A stretch of DNA of 5,663 nucleotides, from contig CBFFRP010000636.1 of assembly GCA_965644295.1 (NCBI GenBank), forward strand, positions 1 to 5,663, read 5' to 3'. This document shows, piece after piece, positions 1 to 5,663 of the stretch (position 1 is the stretch's first letter; each line of letters begins with the position of its first letter). A model generated the notes under the pieces. That model made no database searches. It was not told the origin of the DNA and was given only the letters and a program-made list of their open reading frames with translations. The translations under genes and the position numbers were made by a program. This stretch comes from Paraphysomonas bandaiensis. Lineage: Eukaryota; Protista; Chrysophyceae.

Positions 1-217
1 GTTTCTGAGAACTAGAAACACGTGAATGACAAAAAGCTCTTACTAAAAACGTTTTAACAGATTTAGAGTGTACGCCAGCGGGCTGCTACACTGTTAAGTC
101 TACCAGCGGGTAGAACTCCTCCACACAAACGCAAACCGCGAATGAGCTTAATTGAATCGTTATTAAAACGTTATATAGAAAAGAATGAGTAACACAGCTA
201 TACATCTCTACAGTGTA

Positions 218-270
218 ACACACACATACACATACATCATGTTCAGCATTCACTTCAACACACAACACAC
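218..270. repeat. CA-rich low-complexity tract in the LTR (copy at 5435-5487)
   Basis: acacacacatacacatacat...aacacacaacacac. Confidence 0.55.
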
Positions 271-325
271 CCGATTAGAAGTATTTTATCCGGTATGTAT
301 GTACAGCTTCAACACTCTGAGAGTA

Positions 326-356
326 GAAACTGAAAATAAAACTGAAAACTGAAAAT
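326..356. repeat. Short tandem repeat in U3 (ACTGAAAA x3; copy at 5543-5573)
   Basis: ACTGAAAA at 329, 341 and 348, flanked by two copies of AACACTCTG (311 and 362). Short repeats like this are common in U3 enhancer regions. Confidence 0.6.
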
Positions 357-447
357 ACTAAAACACTCTGTACGTGTTAGAGAGTACAACAGAAGAGTAA
401 CATATCATACTACTAATAACGCAGTAAGTAACCAGTACTGCGTGACA

Positions 448-465
448 CTACCCTCTTTTCCCCCC
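448..465 (-). other. Polypurine tract (plus-strand DNA synthesis primer)
   Basis: Minus strand reads GGGGGGAAAAGAGGG-TAG (15 consecutive purines, 465-451), followed directly by the TG of the 3' LTR. This is the canonical PPT position and fixes the orientation of the element. Confidence 0.9.
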
Positions 466-678
466 AGCTGGAGAAATTAGATTGTGAATACAGACTGTGA
501 TTCATGTATGCAAATACTTAAATCGGCCATACTAGATAGCGTCATTCTAAGTATAAGCAAACAAAATCAGATTCAAACATATTATAGATTGAAAATAAAC
601 TAGATAGACAAGGTAATATTGTAATAGAAATAAAAGAATATTATAAATATGATTTCAAAATAGAAGAATAAAACCTGT

Positions 679-1068
679 TTACAAGAGTATATCAGGAAAT
701 CTCTTGCAAAACTCCGCATCGACCAACACCATAATAGAAGAGTCAAATGTAGTAACTCGACCGTAGCAATGAACGTCATAGGCACTCCATTCATATGTAG
801 ACTGAAACAAAGGGCAATATAGATCAATACGCAATTTACGACGACCCGCCCACCGTACATAGTTACACTCCACAATATAAATAGTCGTATAACAATTCGG
901 TAAGTCTAGTGTATCATAAAAATCGGCACCCCAAGCACGCAAATCTACATAAATAGTTTGGCCAGGAGACACTCCCTCAATAGGAATATGTTTCATACGA
1001 GTACGTTCAGCTTTAGCCATCATGGTAGCAGTAACAACATCCTCATATCGATAACAGATTTCACCCAT
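679..1068 (-). CDS. 129-aa ORF, probably the isolated C-terminal (post-integrase/post-chromodomain) extension of Pol
   Basis: ATG-initiated, uninterrupted, globular-looking protein (VSPGQTIYVDLRAWGADFYDTLDLP...). It lies directly downstream of the integrase/chromodomain remnants, in the same frame as DQF at 1188, and ends about 210 nt before the PPT. From memory it resembles C-termini of some protist (stramenopile-like) Gypsy polyproteins; this is unverified. Confidence 0.6.
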   Translation of the reverse strand: MGEICYRYEDVVTATMMAKAERTRMKHIPIEGVSPGQTIYVDLRAWGADFYDTLDLPNCYTTIYIVECNYVRWAGRRKLRIDLYCPLFQSTYEWSAYDVHCYGRVTTFDSSIMVLVDAEFCKRFPDILL

Positions 1069-3550
1069 TCAAATAGCATACCGCAGCAAAAGTAAACGAT
1101 ACTGAATTCTCAAATACGGATATTTGGATTAACCTTTGCCTTGTATTGTATCCAATAACCAAATGAGAAATTCGTAGAAGAATTGGTCATGTACGTAACT
1201 CTTTCCACAATTAAATGATATTCGAAACATGCATCCGATCATCATAAACTTAACGCAATACCAACTTTAAGAGATGCGCTTCAACTACTCGAATACTTGT
1301 TCAATTCACACAATGTTTTTTGACACAATTGAATATCCACGTTGAAATAGTAATGGGAAAAGAACACACTCTAGTATTCATCGAGATATAAGCAATTTAC
1401 CATCATCAACACATTGAGATACTCTAAGTCATAACAATAATATCACCAGGAAAATATATTTGACCATAATGATGAATTGTCCATCGTCAATCAATTACAG
1501 AGTAAACTTTAGAAGTACAAAGTAACTCCGTTGAGAACTCATTGCAACAACATATCAATATCATGAGAAAGAATCAAGTCATACGACAGACTCCCTTCTG
1601 AAATATAGATACTTCCCACTTTGTATGTAAAACCAAAGAGACACTCCCATCAACTTATTGACCATCGTAACGACATTTCAGACATCTTATTCTCACTAAC
1701 CAGAACCAGAGATCTTAGAAATGAATAACATTTGGGTAACATAAGACGATCAAATATAATTTGTTTCACCTTGGCAACTCAACTATAGTTAATCTTCACG
1801 TATATGGAAATTTTCCCATTGGAATACAAATAACTTGAGAATAACTTAGACAACATGGAATATCTAAGTTGAAAGTTCAAAATTTCCAAGATACAGATCA
1901 AAAATTTGTAGACCAGAACACAATTACTTAACCAGGAATACAAGTATAAAGTGAATCAAAGGAACAATAACCTTAGAAAGAATCTGGACAAACATCCACC
2001 GAATACTCGTTACAACGAACGTAATTGAACAATAGCACAGTCAAGTTTTAACCTTGTCGTAACCAGACAACATATGTCACAGCAACAACGTTATAAAACT
2101 TCTCATTTCACTCATCATAAAAATTTACCGAGTTCACAAAAAGTAACTTGATAACTCTTTTATTCCGAATCCAAATTCATAATATCAACAACCAGAACTG
2201 CACAAACTCCATATCACATACTCAATTCATCTTCCAGAATTTACTATGAACTCATCAACTTTCGGAAATTCAACTCATACTTTGACTCTGACCACATACT
2301 GACACCAAACCTTCACAAGTTGAAAGTAAACTCAAAATGCTTTTAAAACATTACAAAAGTAAGTTCACTCAAACAACACCTTAATATGTTGATTCAGACA
2401 CTTGGGCTCAACATTGTTGACACAGTTGTAACTTTGAATGTAACTTGTGCATCAAGATCAGCAATTACTTCTCACTAAAGAAGCACCAATAATACTTTTC
2501 CTCCTCCTAATCACAGACTTCCTTAATTCCATAATATGTTAAACCTCAAATTTCAAACATGAACAACAAGTTTACACATTCCAAATGTCAAACAATCTAA
2601 TACAGTTTATTTGAACAATTGAACATGCTCCACTTTTAGAATACCAAGAATACTTCAAACCTCTCAAATATTCTTAAAGAATAATTGCACCATACGATTG
2701 CCTCAAATTTCTTGTATCACCATTGGAATAAGACACACATAACCGAAACTTTTAAGTGTCATCTAACCAAATTTGTACAACAAGATAAAAAAGAAATCAG
2801 CCATCATCATCATACCAATTTCTGTGCGAGTCTAGAAAACTCAACTATGACAAGTCATGAATCCGTATGATAAAAGCAACCCATCCTCACGGTTTAGAAC
2901 GAAAACATTTGATTCCACTGCATAAATTTAACCCATACGTTACCAGAATATTTCGATCTCAATATCAATGAATAATCATCAACACCATAAACCAAAACTT
3001 ATAGCAAGAATCATTTAATCTCTCCAATAATTACTGATACAATAAGCTCTGACAAGAATAATAGTATAATCTGAAAGTTTACGAAAACATTCGATATAAC
3101 ACTTCACAATTGCAACTTGATATCCATCTCAGGAAAACTCTTGTCAAACTTAATCCTCATTTGATCAATGTAAATATCATCAAACAATCAATAACCACCC
3201 ATGGAATTCAAACATGTCACCACGTATGCATTCTGAACACTGCTACTCGTAATACAAGACATCAGACTCAGGAACTCAAAACTCTTCTCCAAGTCAAATA
3301 CTAATCAATTCCGTCCGAATATAATATACTAAGATAGTACACTGGTCCTATATCAGTAACCATAGGTTAGTAACAATTTCCCTCCAATATCACTAGAACA
3401 TTGAAGATATTGCCATTCCATTGAAAACATTTCATTTGAAACCACATTCCATCCATTTAAAATAGATGATACTTTGGTCAAACAATAAGTTGAATCTCAA
3501 CAAGGCTTCTCAATTATTGAATCTCAGGGATAATCAATAGAATTTCTCAG
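1069..3550 (-). pseudogene. pol: Extremely degenerate pol (RT, RNase H, integrase, chromodomain-like remnants)
   Basis: Manual minus-strand translation gives motif-like remnants in the expected order. RT: LRNSIDY 3550-3530 (cf. R-x-C-I-D-Y-R), YLTWRRV from 3300, VQNA 3238-3227 (cf. GLKNA), LFDDIYIDQ 3187-3161 (YxDD region), FRKLSDYTIIL 3086-3054. RNase H: NILW 2540-2529 and SVIRRR 2517-2500 (cf. TDH-x-x-L-x-W...RW). Integrase: CDIC 2081-2070, FLRSLV...RWS 1721-1659, YFPGDIIV from 1456, HVSNI 1231-1217. Chromodomain start: DQF...GKG/NPNIR 1188-1116. Each match is weak alone; the support is their order and roughly canonical spacing. Many stops and frame changes. Confidence 0.65.
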
Positions 3551-4237
3551 ATTAACCAAAAATTAGTAAACTAATCTCACCAACCTCCTCAACAAATCAA
3601 TGAACCTCATACAAGATATGCAGTTGAATACCCCAAAACAGATATATATCCACTATATAGCAAAATCTTGATAACTTCACTATAAATACTGAATAACATC
3701 CTTTTTAGATTCAAACTTCCATTCGAACCAAATTTGAACTTCAAAACCAACAACTGTAGGTGAAAACAAACTTATTCATTGAACTTCATCCCTTTCAAAG
3801 TTCTAAGGACTATGAAACCACCTTACAACTTTCAACAACGCAACTTCAAAGAAAACTTTGATGTTCTCAGACCGTTCACTCACTCGCATACGTTAATAAT
3901 TGAAATACTTCAGCATAACACAATAGCAATTTTTCATAAACAAGTTGATGTTTAACCACTCACTCTCACTGCAACTTGTGAACTTGCTAGCCTTTGGTAG
4001 TATAAATCAACTTCATTTCGTTTAGGCAATAGATCGAACAACGGCTGAATAATATCTTGAATCAAGATATTGGTTAAATTGCCCAACTCAAGAAGAACTC
4101 ACAATACGTCAACACCACCAATACCGCATTATTAAGTAGTGTATAACAATATAGTATAAATAAATAAAACATGATCAATATTGCATTATAATAACTTGTC
4201 TTGAAATAAACATGCTCGCTAGAAATTGGAATTAGAC

Positions 4238-5143
4238 TTAGAGAAAGTCCAAGGGCGGACCTGGCCCATGTTCCTCAATTAGCACAAGCTTTTGCATCAA
4301 GAGCTGCAATTTCTTGTCCATCACAAGAAACTGACAAACAACACATGCTGCATACTGCTTCAACAAGAAAATCAAACAATCTCCAATAGATTTTCTCGAA
4401 ACAGAATAATGCCTTAACAGCATCAAAGAATTCAACACTGCATTAGATACTGAAAAAGGTACGACTGACATGCGCTCGAATACATCGGTAGCATCATCGG
4501 CAGTAGTCTCTTTTCCAAAGAAAATTGGAACATCATTCTCAGCATCAATAACATTATCTTGAATAACTACTTGGAAATCAACAACCGAATCAAATGTTTC
4601 AAGTGACTTATTAGACTGCACATCATACTGCACAACTGAATCAACTAAATCACTGACAACTTTCTGTACAGCATAACACTCATCATCAGCAAGCTCCAAA
4701 TCCTCACTGGCATTAACAGTAGACAACTCCTCAGTTTCACCATCCACCTCAACAACAACAATTGCATCACCGATATCAACATCTTGCACTGACACAACAG
4801 ACTCAACCATAGAAGAATTGCAATCGACAACAACACCAACACTTGAAGAATGTTGCACTGAACCAAATTCCATATTCATAGCACTGAAACCGTGACCTAC
4901 AATTTTTTCACCACTTTGTACTGATTTCGAATCAGCCTTCGATGATTTTCGTGACCTCCTCTTTCGAAGAAGCTCGAGACTCTGTTGAACATACTGATTG
5001 AACACCTGTTGCTCGTGATAACGCTGCTCACTACGTTGTTCACGCTGCTCATTACGTTGTTCAATATTATCCAAACGCTGAAACAGTTGCTGGATATACA
5101 GTGGAATCTGCTCCTCCTCGGCTCCATCATCTGTTCCCTCCAT
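4238..5143 (-). CDS. ORF1 in the gag position, ~301 aa, unknown function (possibly a divergent Gag derivative)
   Basis: Longest ORF in the window. First ATG is at 5143, about 73 nt after the 5' LTR (the track's 5152 start is TTG). N-terminal Q/E/R-rich probable coiled coil, basic patch RKRRSRKSSK, long acidic Val/Asp/Ser-rich middle, one CVVC near the C-terminus. No CCHC zinc knuckle seen. Confidence 0.6.
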   Translation of the reverse strand: MEGTDDGAEEEQIPLYIQQLFQRLDNIEQRNEQREQRSEQRYHEQQVFNQYVQQSLELLRKRRSRKSSKADSKSVQSGEKIVGHGFSAMNMEFGSVQHSSSVGVVVDCNSSMVESVVSVQDVDIGDAIVVVEVDGETEELSTVNASEDLELADDECYAVQKVVSDLVDSVVQYDVQSNKSLETFDSVVDFQVVIQDNVIDAENDVPIFFGKETTADDATDVFERMSVVPFSVSNAVLNSLMLLRHYSVSRKSIGDCLIFLLKQYAACVVCQFLVMDKKLQLLMQKLVLIEEHGPGPPLDFL

Positions 5144-5196
5144 GACACTCAAAATGAATTAAACTCAACAATATCCAATGTTTACTGTTCTTCTAC

Positions 5197-5216
5197 TCAG
5201 AGTAATATTACTGTGA
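5197..5216. other. 20-nt near-perfect palindrome at the expected PBS position
   Basis: TCAGAGTAATATTACTGTGA is self-complementary except for one pair (G5200/G5213). The perfect 12-nt core is AGTAATATTACT. Confidence 0.75.
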
Positions 5217-5663
5217 TGTTTCTGAGAACTAGAAACACGTGAATGACAAAAAGCTCTTACTAAAAACGTTTTAACAGATTTAGAGTGTACGCCAGCGGGC
5301 TGCTACACTGTTAAGTCTACCAGCGGGTAGAACTCCTCCACACAAACGCAAACCGCGAATGAGCTTAATTGAATCGTTATTAAAACGTTATATAGAAAAG
5401 AATGAGTAACACAGCTATACATCTCTACAGTGTAACACACACATACACATACATCATGTTCAGCATTCACTTCAACACACAACACACCCGATTAGAAGTA
5501 TTTTATCCGGTATGTATGTACAGCTTCAACACTCTGAGAGTAGAAACTGAAAATAAAACTGAAAACTGAAAATACTAAAACACTCTGTACGTGTTAGAGA
5601 GTACAACAGAAGAGTAACATATCATACTACTAATAACGCAGTAAGTAACCAGTACTGCGTGAC
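5217..5663 (-). repeat. 5' LTR (~448 bp; outermost base probably just outside the window)
   Basis: 5218-5663 matches 1-446 at offset 5217. Plus-strand TG at 5217-5218 gives ...AACA at the LTR 3' end on the minus strand. The exact inner border is uncertain because the partner copy is cut at position 1 (other TG candidates at 5212 and 5179). Confidence 0.93.
5388..5394 (-). promoter_or_regulatory. Candidate TATA box in the 5' LTR (copy at 171-177)
   Basis: Minus strand reads TATATAA about 170 nt upstream of the LTR 3' end, which would put the transcription start near 5360. Motif and position only. Confidence 0.45.

Larger units (their letters stand above)
1..447 (-). repeat. 3' LTR
   Basis: Copy of 5218-5663. 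On the minus strand it begins TGTCACG at 447, directly after the polypurine tract. Confidence 0.93.
1..5663 (-). mobile_element. Ty3/Gypsy-derived LTR retrotransposon, non-autonomous (pol decayed)
   Basis: 446-bp terminal direct repeats, TG...CA termini at the internal borders, a polypurine tract next to one repeat, and both main ORFs on the minus strand. Degenerate motifs in RT-RNaseH-integrase order point to Gypsy rather than Copia. The LTR structure is seen directly; the superfamily call is inferred. Confidence 0.9.

Noticed and set aside
86-268. 60-aa ORF in the LTR (duplicate at 5303-5485)
   Set aside because: Non-ATG start, and the Val/Cys-rich translation simply reflects the TG-rich repeat. 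It is duplicated only because the LTR is.
311-400. CRISPR-like or regularly spaced repeat array
   Set aside because: The repeats are only 8-9 nt, irregularly spaced, and have no spacer structure.
1-446. Terminal repeat as a circular-contig overlap artefact or phage terminal repeat
   Set aside because: The repeat borders coincide with TG/CA dinucleotides and a PPT, and the interior has retroelement remnants. Consensus-derived identity of the two copies cannot be fully excluded.
600-875. 91-aa hydrophobic minus-strand ORF, possible env-like membrane protein
   Set aside because: It overlaps the better 129-aa ORF in another frame, has a non-ATG start, and its hydrophobic tail derives from T-rich 3' sequence.
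2408-2420. 13-nt palindrome TCAACATTGTTGA
   Set aside because: Short enough to arise by chance in AT-rich sequence.
2685-3304. Two short plus-strand ORFs (2685-2870 and 3110-3304)
   Set aside because: Antisense, TTG starts, and His/Thr/Asn/Lys-rich as expected from the A/C skew. No recognisable motifs.
1069-4237. Intact pol read with a non-standard genetic code
   Set aside because: TAA, TAG and TGA all interrupt the frames, motif remnants fall in all three frames, and conserved residues are themselves altered.
5144-5152. ORF1 start at 5152 as given in the ORF track
   Set aside because: That codon is TTG. In a eukaryotic element the ATG three codons downstream (5143) is the more likely start.
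5160-5177. TGGATATTGTTGAGTTTA as a canonical PBS
   Set aside because: It begins with TGG but lies about 40 nt from the apparent LTR end, and its complement does not resemble a typical tRNA acceptor/T-arm 3' end. Kept only as an alternative to test.
4645-5242. ORFs 4645-4866 (-), 4897-5148 (-) and 4985-5242 (+)
   Set aside because: Alternative-frame or antisense shadows of the low-complexity ORF1.

Overview
The window is one almost complete LTR retrotransposon on the minus strand, apparently clipped by about 1 nt at each end. Bases 1-446 and 5218-5663 are direct repeats with no mismatch found by eye. Their internal borders give TG...CA termini, and a polypurine tract abuts the 3' LTR. In element order, the interior has: no tRNA-type primer binding site (a 20-nt palindrome sits in its place); an intact ~301-aa ORF in the gag position without recognisable Gag motifs; ~2.5 kb with no long ORF that still shows faint, collinear RT, RNase H, integrase and chromodomain-like remnants (Ty3/Gypsy order) spread over all three frames; and an intact 129-aa ORF that probably corresponds to a C-terminal extension of Pol. 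The best reading is a recently mobilised, non-autonomous Gypsy derivative that kept its length and two open ORFs while its enzymatic genes eroded. The pol motif calls are by-eye matches and need an HMM or tBLASTn check. Host and target-site duplication cannot be determined from this window.
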